NCBI GenBank assembly: GCA_963700285.1
Contig: CAVOXA010000010.1
Coordinates: 1,280,001-1,344,000, forward strand
From: an uncultured Chloroflexia bacterium
GTDB lineage: Bacteria; Chloroflexota; Anaerolineae; JAAYZQ01
Length of the DNA: 64,000 nt
Direction: 5' to 3'
Shown piece after piece: positions 12,312-23,584 of the stretch; positions within the stretch are counted from its first letter, which is position 1; each line of letters starts with the position of its first letter. A program made the position numbers and the translations under genes. A model generated the notes under the pieces. The model made no database searches, was not told where the DNA came from, and saw nothing but the letters and a program-made list of their open reading frames with translations.

Positions 12312-12860
12312 CTACGCTCTTGGGCACGTTGTATGACGCTGTACTGGTCCCCCTGCTCCGATCACCCCAAACACCTCATCCGCCGTCTCCAGCAGCCAGT
12401 CAACATCCTCCTCCGTATGCGCTGCGCACAGGAACCAGTTGTGGTGCGGGTGCAGGAAAACCCCGCGGGCGATCATCTCCTGGCAGAAGCCACGCATCCA
12501 GGCCAGGTCCTCGTCCCCGGCAATCCTCAGGTACGGCAGCGCCGGCGGCCCGGAGACGGCGACCTGGAAGCCGTTCCCCGCCGCCACCGCCTCCAACCCC
12601 ACCTTCAGCCGGGCGCCCAGGCGGGCCAGGTGCTCAACGGCGCCTGTCTCCTCCAGCACCCGCAGCGTGGCCAGCGCCGCGGCCGTCGGCGCCGGCGCGA
12701 ACCAGAAGGTGCCCGAGATAAAGACCGCCTCGGCGGCCGGGCTGCCGGCAGTCCTGGGGCGGCATGGACCGGGTGGTAGTGGGGCGCAGCGATGAGCGCC
12801 GCGATCTGGCCCGGGTGCTGGGCTGACAGCGCCTCCGCCTCGTCCAGCCGGTTCCAGCCC
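12312..12860 (-). pseudogene. Class III aminotransferase (GSA-AT-like) remnant with apparent internal deletion
   Basis: Fragments WNRLDEAEALSAQHPGQIAALI and FISGTFWFAPAPTAAALATL...GVFLHPHHNWFLCAAHTEEDVD; the N-terminus and PLP-lysine region are missing. Confidence 0.65.
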
Positions 12861-13133
12861 ACAGATCCCGCTCGCGCTGGCCACATAGAGCAGCCAGGGC
12901 CAGCAGCACGTGTTGGTCGACCGGCAGGCTGGCCAGGTGGCCGGTCAGCTCTTGGCAGGTTGCGCAAAGCACGACCTACCGAGCAACTCGGGGCAGCTAC
13001 GGACCGTGGCAAAACGCCGAAACTGGAAACGATAGCAGTGCCAGACCACCTGAGTTTGCGCAAATGGATCATCTGATGTACCATTTGCAGGTGAACACTG
13101 AACGGCCCACGAGATGTGCGCAGGGGAGGCGCT

Positions 13134-16100
13134 ATGACTCGAGCGGGAACAGCTAGAACAAGCCATCGCCCAGTTGGAGGCACAACGTGCCACCTTGGGC
13201 GATGGTGTTGTCGATGCATCAATTGCTGCCTTGCACGCAAAGCTCGCTGCCCTGGAACCGCTGCCCTCCCGAACAGCGCAAGCAGGCCACCATTCTCTTT
13301 GCCGATGTCTCGGGCTTTACGGCCATGTCCGAGACACTGGACGCCGAGGAAGTGAGCGATGTGATGAACGCACTCTGGCAGCGATGGGATGCGGCCATCG
13401 TCGAGCACGGCGGCGTGATCGACAAGCACATGGGAGACGGCGTGATGGCAGTGTGGGGGGCGTGGAGGCCCGCGAGAATGACCCCGAACTGGCCATCCGC
13501 GCCGCGCTTGCCATGCAGTCGGAACTGGCGGCCTTTTGCGCTGAGTGGCAGGTAGATCTGGCCATACGAGTCGGGCTCAACACCGGCCCGGTGCTGCTGG
13601 GGGATGTGGGCACCACGGGCGAGCTCTCCGCCATCGGCGACGCGGTCAACCTGGCCAGCCGGTTGGAAGCGGCAGCCCCTACCGGCGGCGTGCTGATCTC
13701 CCACGACACCTACCGCCACGTGCGCGGGGTGTTCGACGTGCTGGAGCAAGAGCCGCTCCAAGTCAAGGGCAAGGCCAGGCCGGTGCATACCTACCTCGTC
13801 CAGCAAGCCAAGCCGCGTGCCTTCCGCATGTTGACGCGAGGTGTGGCGGGCATCGAGACGCGCATGGTCGGTCGCGACGCAGAACTGCTTATGCTGCAAA
13901 ACATGTTCCGCGACGCGACTGAGGATGCCGAGGTCCAGGTCGTGACCGTCGTGGGTGACGCCGGGGTGGGCAAGAGCCGGCTGTTGTACGAGTTCGAAAA
14001 GTGGATCGAACTGCTGCCGGAGGGAATTCTGGTATTTCAAGGGGCGTGCCACGCCAGAGACGGAGGCGATGCCCTACGGCCTCATCCGCCGCATGTTCGC
14101 CCACCGTTTCGAGATCCTGGAGAGCGACAGCGCGGCGGAGGTACGGGAAAAGTTTCGCGCCGGGATGGCTGCTGCCCTCAATTCTGACCAGGCGGACCTG
14201 GTCGGGCAGCTGCTCGGTCTTGATTTCTCCGCCAGCCAGGCGGTCCAGGCCCAGTTGGGCAGCGAGTCTTTCGGGGAACTGGCAACAGCCCATCTGACCG
14301 AGTATCTGCAGGCCATAGCCAGCGAACCAACAGTGATCTTTTTAGAGGATATCCACTGGGCAGATGACAGCTCCCTCGACCTGCTCGACTACCTGGTGGC
14401 GGCGGTCCCCGACACGCGGCTGCTGGTGGTCTGTCTGGCACGCCCACCGCTGTTTGAGCGCCGTCCCAGTTGGGGCGAGGGACAGGAGATCCACACCCAG
14501 ATCAATCTCAAACCCCTCTCGCGGCGGGCCAGCCGGGCTCTGGTGGGGGAGATCCTGCAAAAAGCGGGGGGCGTCCCCAGTGAACTGCGCGATTTGATCG
14601 TTGAGGGGGCCGAAGGCAACCCATTCTACGTCGAAGAGCTGATCAAGATGTTGATTGAGGACGGCGTGATCGTGCTCGGGGAGGATCACTGGCAGGTCGA
14701 GTTGGAGCGGCTGGCAGGAGGTGCACGTGCCGCCGACGCTGACCGGGGTACTCCAGGCCCGGTTGGACAGCCTGCCACCCGAGGAAAAAATGCTTCTGCA
14801 ACGAGCCTCGGTGGTGGGACGGCTGTTCTGGGACACGGCGGTGGTTGAATTGGAGGCCAAGGAGGGAAGCGAACTCGACGAGGAGGAGATTGCCTCGCTT
14901 CTGGAGGCTGTACGTGACCGGGAGTTGATCTTTCGGCGGGAGCGTTCTGCCTTTGCAGGGGCGGAAGAGTACATCTTTAAGCATGCTTTGCTGCGGGATG
15001 TGACCTACGAGACGGTGCTGCTAAAGCTGCGCCGGGTGTACCACGGACAGGTAGCACGCTGGCTAGAGGTTGCTGCCGGGAAGCGGATCGGGGAATACCT
15101 GGGGCTGATCGCCGGGCATTACGAGCTGGCAGGAGAGGGGGAAAAGGCGGTAGAGTACCTGCTGCACGCCGGCGACCAGGCCCGTCTGGCCTATGCCTGC
15201 CAGGAGGCGAGCGGCTACTACCACCGGGCGCTTCCATTGCTTGAGGAACAAGGAAAGCCGGACCAGGCGGCGCGGACGTTGATGAAACTGGGCTTGACCT
15301 ATGATCTGTCCTTTGACTTCCAGGAGTCACGCCAGGCTTACGAGCAGGGCTTTGCCCTGTGGCAGCAGGCGGGGGATGCACAGTGGGAAGAGCTGCCGCC
15401 TGCGCCTCATCCCTTGCGGCTCAGTACGACCAATCCAACGACCCTGGACCCAACGATGGCCGAGGACTCGAGATCGAGCACACAAGATCTCAGAACTCTT
15501 TAGCGGGCTGGTGGAGCAGAGGCTAGACCTGGAGGTCGTGCCCGACGTGGCCCAGAGCTGGGAGGTTCTGGAAGGCGGGAAAAAGTACCTCTTTCATCTG
15601 CGGGAGGACGTGCTCTGGAGCGACGGCAGGCCGGTTACGGCCGGGGACTTTGAGTATGCCTGGAAACGTGTGCTGGACCCAGCCCTTGGTATGCCCCTCG
15701 CCAGCCTGCTGGATGACATCAAGGGAGCCAGAGCTTTTCGTCAGGGCAAGGTGTCTGACCCAGACAGTGTGGGGGTAAAGGCACTGGACGAGGTCACCCT
15801 GGCTGTCGATCTGGAAGGTCCGACAGGCTATTTCCTCCACCTGTTGGCCAATACCCTAGCTTTCCCAGTACCCCGGCACGTGGTGGAGCTGCACGGCGAG
15901 GCCTGGGCAGAGCCGGAGAACATTGTCACCTGTGGCCCCTTTAGACTGGAGGCCTGGCAGCCGGGAGAGCGAATGACCCTGGCGCGCAACCCCGACTACC
16001 CCGGCCGGTTCAGGGGTAACCTGGAGCGTGTCGAGTTGCTCCTAACTGATCTTGAACCGGCTGCCAGCTTGGAGATGTACGAGGGGGATCGGTTGGATGT

Positions 16101-16911
16101 GATGGACGTCACGGCATTTGAAGTGGACCGTATGCGACAGAGGTATGCCGGAGAATACCGCCGGTTCCCGCACCTCGTGACCGCGTACCTGCAATTCGAT
16201 ATCAGCCGTCCACCCTTTGACGACGTTCGAGTGCGGCGGGCTTTTGTTCTGGCCACAGATAGGGAGGCCCTGGTCAAGACCACCAGACCCGACTGCTTTC
16301 CTGCCACGGGGGGGTTTGTGCCGCCGGGCATGCCAGGCCACTTGCCGGGAATCGGCCTGCCGTACGATCCCCGGCAGGCGCGTCAACTCCTGACCGAAGC
16401 TGGCTACCCTGGTGGCCAGGGCTTCCCAATTGTGGAGTGTTGTGCACGCACCGATCAGGTTGACCTGGGAGAGAACCTGCAAGCCCAATGGCAGGAGAAT
16501 CTGGGGGTCAGGATCAAGTGGGAGACAGTAGAGTGGCAGGCGATCCTTGCCCGACTGGGTGAGCACGTGCCGCATCTCCTTATCATGGGCTGGATGGCCG
16601 ACTATCCCGATCCAGACAACTTTTTGAGGGCGCGAATCGATCATATACAGCAGCAAAGTGGCTGGCGGAATGAGTGCTACGATAGCCTGGTAAAGCAAGC
16701 CCAGCGCAGCCTGGACCAGGGGGAGAGGATCAACTTGTATGGGGAAGCGGAGCAAATCCTGGTGGAGGAAGCGCCGATCATGCCCATCTTCCACAGGTCA
16801 GTTCGACTGCTGGTAAAACCCTGGGTTACGAGGTTTCCCACGACGGGACTGAGAGAGTGGTTCTTGAAGGATGTCATCATCAAGCCACACTACCCTCCAG
16901 ATCCAGCCTGA
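13134..16911 (+). CDS. Class III adenylate/guanylate cyclase - AAA/STAND ATPase - TPR - family-5 solute-binding-domain fusion (frameshifted)
   Basis: ILFADVSGFT, DKHMGDGVMA, GDAVNLASRLE (cyclase); GDAGVGKSRL, FLEDIHWAD, EGNPFYVEEL, FKHALLRDVTY (STAND); PTTLDP, LRED..WSDG.PVTA.DF.YAW.R, GW.ADYPDP (OppA-like). Confidence 0.82.
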
Positions 16912-18187
16912 TAGGATGAGGATTCGCCTCGAAGAGTGGCAGGCATACCGTTAACGTAGAGCCTCGGTTCTCCTCGCTGACCAGTTCCAATTCGCCGTCG
17001 AACCGTTCCACAAGCTCTTTTACCCCGGCGAGACCTACCCCTGTGCCTGGGATCTGACTGCGACGGGCGTTGGAAGCGCGGTAGAACTCGGTAAAGATCC
17101 GGTTCAACTCCGCCTCTGGAATACCCATGCCTGTGTCTTTGACCTTCAAGACGACCCAAGATCCTTGTTTGTGCAACAGGACTTGGATGCTTCCAGCGGG
17201 CGTATACTTGATCGCGTTGGAGACGAGGTTGGACAGGATGAGGTGATAGGCTTGCAGATCAATGCGTACGAGCACGGGGGATGCCGGCAGGTCGAGGCTC
17301 AGGGACAATCCCTTCGCTGTCGCCTCGTCTAGGTAGGCTTCGCAGTCGGTTCTGGTTTTGATGACGAGATCATACACATCGATATCACCCAAGGGGCGTC
17401 CCGCTTTGATCTGCGACAAGCGTAGAATATCGTCCACCAGGGTGAGCAACTCATCCATCCGAGCCTCAATCCTGCCGAGCACCGAATTGAGTTTTTCGTC
17501 CTCCCGATTCACATACCGCAGCGCGGCCGCCAGCGATTTTGAGGCACCAACCGGTGCTCTGAGTTCATGCACAAGAATGCGCATGAACTCGGCTTTCTCC
17601 TTCTCCAGGTACTTGAGGGTGGACAGTTCATCGTGCAGCTTGGCGTGATAGAGGGCGTAGGCTACAAAATGGGAGACACTCTTCAGAGGGAGGAGATCGG
17701 CTTCACAAAAAGGGCGCTGTCTGCAGTTGATGACCTGGACCACCCCCATGAGCTCGCCCTTGAAGGTCGCGGGGGCACACATCACGTCCCGGGTGCGGTA
17801 CTGGTTCATTTCGTCCCAGGAACGATCGAATCGAAGGTTGGGGTCTATGGAGCTGAGATTGCCATAGGCGTCGGGAATAACGAACGAGCGGCCAGTTAAG
17901 GCACAGTACCCGGCCAGAGAATCCTCGCGTATGGGGACGCGAATGGTACGAGAGACATTGCCGATGATGGCTGCCGACACGAGTTCCTGGGTGTCTGGAC
18001 GCACCAGGTAGGTTGTGGCGCGCTCTGCCTCGAGGACCTGACGCACAACCTGGGTTGTGTGGTGGAGCACCCGGACGACATCGACCTCGCCCAGCATCTG
18101 ATCGTACAGTTCAAACAGTTGCCCATGTACAACCAGTCTGTGAAGGTCGAGTTCGTTTTCTGGTGTAGCAGCAGGTTTTCCCACCAT
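16880..18187 (-). CDS. GAF-domain sensor histidine kinase
   Basis: GAF (YRTRDVMCAP, GVVQVIN), H-box HELRAP, NLVSNAIKY, DTGMGIP, GTGVGLA. Confidence 0.9.
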   Translation of the reverse strand: MVGKPAATPENELDLHRLVVHGQLFELYDQMLGEVDVVRVLHHTTQVVRQVLEAERATTYLVRPDTQELVSAAIIGNVSRTIRVPIREDSLAGYCALTGRSFVIPDAYGNLSSIDPNLRFDRSWDEMNQYRTRDVMCAPATFKGELMGVVQVINCRQRPFCEADLLPLKSVSHFVAYALYHAKLHDELSTLKYLEKEKAEFMRILVHELRAPVGASKSLAAALRYVNREDEKLNSVLGRIEARMDELLTLVDDILRLSQIKAGRPLGDIDVYDLVIKTRTDCEAYLDEATAKGLSLSLDLPASPVLVRIDLQAYHLILSNLVSNAIKYTPAGSIQVLLHKQGSWVVLKVKDTGMGIPEAELNRIFTEFYRASNARRSQIPGTGVGLAGVKELVERFDGELELVSEENRGSTLTVCLPLFEANPHPIRLDLEGSVA

Positions 18188-18296
18188 ATCGATTCCTGTA
18201 AGAACCCCGGAGTTTTCTTCTCTGACCTCTGTTATGATACCATATGTGGGTGGGGAGCGCAAAGAGGGAGGAGGACAGATAGTACAACGACCTGGG

Positions 18297-18690
18297 CTAT
18301 CTGGCGGCCCTGGCGACGAATATGTCCACCTTGAACAGGGTGTCCAGATGGATCAGGTTGAAGGAGCCATGCTGGCGGATGGCGTCGCGCATCGTCTCTG
18401 TATCCGCGTAGAATGCCTCGCCCAAAGCCCGGGCAAAAGGCTCGGCTTGTTCGGGGCGTAGGCCGGCCACCAGGTCGGCATCCATCGTGGCCCGCATCAC
18501 GCCGTGCAGTGCGCTGGCGAAAGAACCACCGATGGCATAGACTACACCAAGGGTCTCAAGGGCATCGGCCACGAGCATTGTCACCGCGATCTGTTCGGTC
18601 AGCATCAACCTTCTCCCGGTGGCGGGCCATAAGCGCGGCCTGCTAGCTCTGGTCCCAACAGTAGGTCGGCCAGGCGGCGGCGTTGAGCAG
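18297..18690 (-). pseudogene. Truncated nucleotidyltransferase-like gene plus C-terminal remnant of its upstream partner (putative TA pair)
   Basis: YAIGGSFASALHGVMRATMDADLV...KVDIF ends abruptly; upstream fragment reads RRRLADLLLGPELAGRAYGP. Confidence 0.55.
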
Positions 18691-18993
18691 GTGTGTCGCC
18701 GGGATGGCGCTGTCGCAGATGCGGACAGGCTGTTTCCGGCGGAAACTAGCGGGCATACCGCCCGACCCTTCGCACTTTGAGATTGGCAAGCACCAACAGA
18801 GTAGATTGCATCCGGTCCAGATCTATGGTATCATTCTGCCAGGCACGACATCGCCATCGCCAACGCCGGCGGCCAACCTCCGACACCATCGGGTAGCAGC
18901 CTGCGTGCGCGCGTGGTCCCGATGACCGCCTGCCTGGAGCCAGGTCAGCCCGTGTGATCGGGCCCCAAGATCTGAGGGGTAGGAGGAGCAAAG

Positions 18994-21900
18994 ATGAAGA
19001 AAGCCTTGGTCACGTTCGTTCTAGGACTGGCGTTGTTGGTTGCTGCCTGTGGTGGGGCCGAGCCCACCGAACCCCCGGCACCCACGCCCGTCGCAGCCGC
19101 GACCCTGATCCCTGCTACCACCGAGGCCCTGCCGTCCGATACGGGCCAGGTCACCGGCCTCCAGGACGTCCGATCAGCCACCATCCGCATCCAGGCCGAC
19201 GGCAGCTTCTACGACCCGGATGGCAACGAGTACAGCAGCAAGAGCAACGGCTCGGGCTTTATCATCGACCCCGAGGGCATTGCCGTCACCAACAATCACG
19301 TCGTCGAGGGCGCGGCCATCCTGCATGTCTGGGTCGGCGGCGAAAGCGAGAGCCGCAATGCCCGCATCGTGGGCGTATCGGAATGCGCCGACCTGGCTGT
19401 CATCGACATCGAGGGCGATGGCTATCCCTACCTGACCTGGTACGAGGGCGAGATCAGCCCCGGCCTGGCGGTTTATGCGGCTGGCTACCCCCACGGCGAG
19501 CCCGAATACACGCTGACCCAGGGCATTGTCACCAGAGCCCAAGCTGACGGCGAAAGCGACTGGGCCTCGGTCGACAGTGTCCTGCAGCACCAGGCGCCCA
19601 TTGCGCCCGGCTCCTCCGGCGGCCCGCTGATCACCGAGGAGGGCCAGGTCGTGGCCGTGAACTATGCCTCCGGCGAGGATGCCCTCGAGTTTCTGGCCAT
19701 CACCGGTCCCCAGGCGCTGCCCATCATCGAGCGGCTTCGGGCCGACGAGGACGTTGACTCCATCGGCATCAACCCCCAGGCCGTCACCTTTGAGGATGGT
19801 CTGAACGGCATCTGGGTGACGTCGGTCCGGTCCGGATCGCCGGCTGACAAGACGGGCCTCAAGGCCGGCGACATGATCACCGAGATGGCCGGCATGACGT
19901 TTTTGACCGACGAGACGCCGGACGAGTACACCATGGCCGACTATTGCGACATCCTGCGCACCCACGGCCCGGAAGCCACCATCGACATCAAGGTTGTGCG
20001 TTTCGACACTGAAGAAGTCCTGGAGGGCCAGATCAACGGCCGGCCGCTGGAGGCTGCTTTCTCCTTTGCCGACGCCGGCGAGGACGATGTGGCCGACGCG
20101 GGCGAAAGCTACAGCGACTATGTGCTGTTGAAGGACGACACCGGCGCTATCCAGCTCGAGGTGCCTGCCGAATGGAACGACGTCGACGGCAGACTGTTGA
20201 CCAGGGATGACGGGACACCGCTTGCCGCTTCCATCATCGCCGCGCCCGACCTGGATGCCTATTGGGACTTTCAGGCGCCCGGCATCGAATTCTCTTCCCA
20301 GCCGATCATCCCCGGGAAGCTGACCATCGACCAAGCACTGGAGATTTTTGACTATGGCGATGATTGCGAATATGTGGGCCGCGAGCCCTACAGCGACCCA
20401 CTCTACGAGGGCGCCTATGACCACTATACCAACTGTTCGGGAACCAGCAGCGCGCTCTTTGTCGTCGCCACCTTCCCCGAGGACGAGACCTTTGTCAACA
20501 TTATCGTCATCAAGGCCCTGACCGACGCCGACCTGGACGCGGCCGATTACGCGCTGGCCACGTTCTCGGTCGTCGGCGACCTGCCAGAGCTGGGGCAGGG
20601 CACTGACGGCGACCAGCCTTCCGATGGGTCGCTTGTCTTTACCGTCGGTAACCGGACGCCAGCAGCCGTCTGCTCCATCCACATGGTACCATCCGACGCT
20701 GACGGTTGGGGTGAGAACTGGCTCGGATCCGGCCGGTTAGAGTCGGGCGCCTATTGGTCCCAGGCGGTGGAAGGCGGCACAACCTACGATCTGCTCGTCA
20801 AGGATTGCAGCGACGCCGTACTGGGGGTGCGGTGGAAGATGGACAAGAACATGGTCGTGAATTTCGGCGCGACCAACGAGTCCGTGAACCTGCTCTTCCA
20901 GAACCAGACGGATGTGGAGGTCTGCGAACTCTATGTCTCCCCCTCGGACTCGGAAGACTGGGGCGACGACCTGCTGGGTCAGCCAGACACGGTCGTTACC
21001 CCGGACAAAGCATGGCGCTTCTGGTTGCCGCCAGGCACCTATGACCTGCTGGTCCGCGATTGCCAGGGGCAGGACCTGGAACAGGTCAATGAAGTGGACC
21101 TGACGCAGAACCGGACCTGGACGCTGGGCGGCGGCGGGCAGGAGGGGGACCAGGGCAACGGAGACAAGTTCACCATTACGGTCCACAATCTGTCGCCGCT
21201 GCCCATATGCAGCGTCGCTATCGTTTCGGCCGGGAGTTCCGAGGGGGGCGACAACTGGCTGGGCTCCGCGACCCTGGGGACCGGCCAGAGCAAAGAGTTT
21301 GCCGTCGATGCTGGTTCCTATGACGTCTGGGCCGAGGACTGTAGCAATGCCTATCTGGGTGTGCTGTGGGCGGTGGACCAGCCTGAGGTGCTGACCATCG
21401 GTGGCTCCGGCCGGACCTCGAACCTGTTCGTGCAGAACAATTTGGAGGCCGACGTCTGCGAGATCAAGATCTCGCCGGTCGATGCAGAGGACTGGGGTGA
21501 CGACTGGCTGCAGGAGGAGGGCGCGACGATCAGAACGGGAAGAATCTGGCGCTTCTGGGTGGAGCCGGGCATCTATGATATCCTGGCCCGCGATTGCGAC
21601 GGCGAGGACCTGGAGCGAGTCGACGACGTGGACCTGAACGAGAACCGGTCCTGGACGCTGGGCGAGGAGACCCAGGAAGGAGACCAAAACCTGGGTGCTG
21701 ACCTCTATATCTGGGTCAATAACGATACGCCCCAGCCCATATGCAGCGTCACCATCGCTCCGACCGGTAGCAAAGAGTGGGGCGACAACCTGCTGCAGTC
21801 CGAGCCCCTGAAGGCCGGCGAGGCCACTCCCTTTGGCGTCGATGCCGGCACCTATGACGTCGCTGCCCGGGATTGCGACAGTGCCTTTTTGGGCACGCTG

Positions 21901-22731
21901 TGGGCCGTAGAGGAGAAGGAGGTGCTGACCCTCGGCGGCCCCGGCCGGACCTCGAGCCTGCTTGTACAGAACAACCTGGATGTTAGCGTCTGCGAAGTTT
22001 TGATCGAGCCGAACGAGACGGGCAAGTGGGAAGGCAATTGGCTCCAGGAGGAGGGCGCGGCGATCACGCCCGGCACGGCCTGGCGCTTCTGGGTGGAACC
22101 GGGCGAATATATCGTCGTGGCCCGCGATTGTGATGGCAACCAATTGAAGCTAAGCACCATAGACCTGAGCCAGAACCGGACCTGGACGCTGGGCGGCGGC
22201 CAGGGTGGCGGCCAGAATGAGGGCAGCAACTTTATCATCACCGTCAGCAACGACTCGCACGCGCCCATATGCTCTGTCAGAATCGCTCCCAGCGGAAGCG
22301 ACGATTGGGGCGACAATTGGCTGGGGTCCGCGTCCCTGCAGGCCGGCCAATCCAAGGAGTTTGTCGTCGACGCCGGTACCTACGACGTTGCCGCCCGGGA
22401 TTGCAGCGACGCCTATCTGGGAGTGCTGTGGGAGGTGGACAAGCCCGAGGTACTGACCATCGGCGGCCCCGGCCGGACCTCGAACATGGTCGTGCAGAAC
22501 GACCTGGAGATCGACGTCTGCGAGATCAAGATCTCACCGGCCGATGCGGAGGACTGGGGCGACGACTGGCTGCAGGAGGAGGGCGCGGTGATCACGGCGG
22601 GTACAGCCTGGCGCTTTTGGGTGGAGCCGGGCCTACATGACATCCTGGCCCGCGACTGTGACGGCGAGGATCTAGAGCGGGTCAATGACGTAGACCTTGC
22701 CAAGAACCTGCGGTGGGTCCTTCGGCCGTAG
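18994..22731 (+). CDS. Lipoprotein: trypsin-like (HtrA/S1C) serine protease + PDZ + C-terminal Cys/Trp-rich repeats
   Basis: Lipobox LVAAC; triad TNNHVV / DLAV / GSSGG; PDZ (GSPADKTGLKAGD); repeated WGD(N/D)WL and YD...RDC units. Confidence 0.88.
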   Translation: MKKALVTFVLGLALLVAACGGAEPTEPPAPTPVAAATLIPATTEALPSDTGQVTGLQDVRSATIRIQADGSFYDPDGNEYSSKSNGSGFIIDPEGIAVTNNHVVEGAAILHVWVGGESESRNARIVGVSECADLAVIDIEGDGYPYLTWYEGEISPGLAVYAAGYPHGEPEYTLTQGIVTRAQADGESDWASVDSVLQHQAPIAPGSSGGPLITEEGQVVAVNYASGEDALEFLAITGPQALPIIERLRADEDVDSIGINPQAVTFEDGLNGIWVTSVRSGSPADKTGLKAGDMITEMAGMTFLTDETPDEYTMADYCDILRTHGPEATIDIKVVRFDTEEVLEGQINGRPLEAAFSFADAGEDDVADAGESYSDYVLLKDDTGAIQLEVPAEWNDVDGRLLTRDDGTPLAASIIAAPDLDAYWDFQAPGIEFSSQPIIPGKLTIDQALEIFDYGDDCEYVGREPYSDPLYEGAYDHYTNCSGTSSALFVVATFPEDETFVNIIVIKALTDADLDAADYALATFSVVGDLPELGQGTDGDQPSDGSLVFTVGNRTPAAVCSIHMVPSDADGWGENWLGSGRLESGAYWSQAVEGGTTYDLLVKDCSDAVLGVRWKMDKNMVVNFGATNESVNLLFQNQTDVEVCELYVSPSDSEDWGDDLLGQPDTVVTPDKAWRFWLPPGTYDLLVRDCQGQDLEQVNEVDLTQNRTWTLGGGGQEGDQGNGDKFTITVHNLSPLPICSVAIVSAGSSEGGDNWLGSATLGTGQSKEFAVDAGSYDVWAEDCSNAYLGVLWAVDQPEVLTIGGSGRTSNLFVQNNLEADVCEIKISPVDAEDWGDDWLQEEGATIRTGRIWRFWVEPGIYDILARDCDGEDLERVDDVDLNENRSWTLGEETQEGDQNLGADLYIWVNNDTPQPICSVTIAPTGSKEWGDNLLQSEPLKAGEATPFGVDAGTYDVAARDCDSAFLGTLWAVEEKEVLTLGGPGRTSSLLVQNNLDVSVCEVLIEPNETGKWEGNWLQEEGAAITPGTAWRFWVEPGEYIVVARDCDGNQLKLSTIDLSQNRTWTLGGGQGGGQNEGSNFIITVSNDSHAPICSVRIAPSGSDDWGDNWLGSASLQAGQSKEFVVDAGTYDVAARDCSDAYLGVLWEVDKPEVLTIGGPGRTSNMVVQNDLEIDVCEIKISPADAEDWGDDWLQEEGAVITAGTAWRFWVEPGLHDILARDCDGEDLERVNDVDLAKNLRWVLRP
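20620..22725 (+). repeat. Intragenic tandem repeats (4 x ~165-175 aa, each with two ~80-aa subunits)
   Basis: Recurrent (P)ICSV..., WGD(N/D)WL, GTYDV.A.DC, WRFWVEPG, DL.QNRTWTLG; near-identical DNA between copies. Confidence 0.85.
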
Positions 22732-22799
22732 GGAGGGAGCCGCCTCTGAAAACCGTAGGCGCCTGACCCTCCGGCCTTGATCAGTCCGGCCGGCGAGGC

Positions 22800-23052
22800 G
22801 CACACGGCGGACAGGATGCTGGTGCTGGCCTGCCAGGCCAGCACCAGCCTGGCCGGCTACCTGCTGAATTTTAGCGGCGCCGTGCTGGACGCAGGCGCCG
22901 TCACTCACCCTAGCATGGGCCTCTTGGGCTACGAGACCTTTGCCTGGACGATGGCGGCCTACGATGTCCTGGGCAACCGTAGCGCCTATGCCAGCCCCTG
23001 GTCCTTCACCATCGAGCCGCAGCGCTTGTATACCTGCCGCTGGTGGTGAAAG
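22800..23052 (+). pseudogene. C-terminal fragment of a surface protein with YLPLVV motif
   Basis: WTMAAYDVLGNRSAYASPWSFTI, followed after a frameshift by TAC CTG CCG CTG GTG GTG AAA (YLPLVVK). Confidence 0.45.
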
Positions 23053-23584
23053 CACCCTCTTCACGCCGGATCTGATCGTGGTGGACATCCTCGCTTCCAG
23101 GGACCACGTCTCGGTAGAGGATATTGCTTAGCCAGAACTCTGACGCGGGGGCCTACGGTAGCGGGATTGCTGATACTCGGGCTTGGGGCGTGGGGCTCCT
23201 GGACGTGCCCGGTCCGACCGCCCCCTTCACCGCAAGGCACGCCTTGTATCTGGGCTCTGGCCAGGCCTCGTACCTCTAGATGTGACTGGGTTGCCGGCCG
23301 CAGTGCCGGTCTGTGCAGGATTTCGCTAGGCCCGGATATCTTGAACACCGGACCAGTGATCCCGCCTCCCACCGTGACGAGGGGCGCCAGGTGGAGCTGG
23401 ATGGGCCGGGACTGCAATAACGCCTATCTCCGGTAGGGTACAACCCCATCCTCCAGATGGATGCGGCCCGCTGCAAATTGTGGTATACTCGAAGCAGCGA
23501 CTGGGATCGACCAGGGGCTTCAGGCAGGGTCGATCGACTGTGTCATCCGGCCTTCCGGCAAGGTCTCTGAGCGGGGTACACAGA

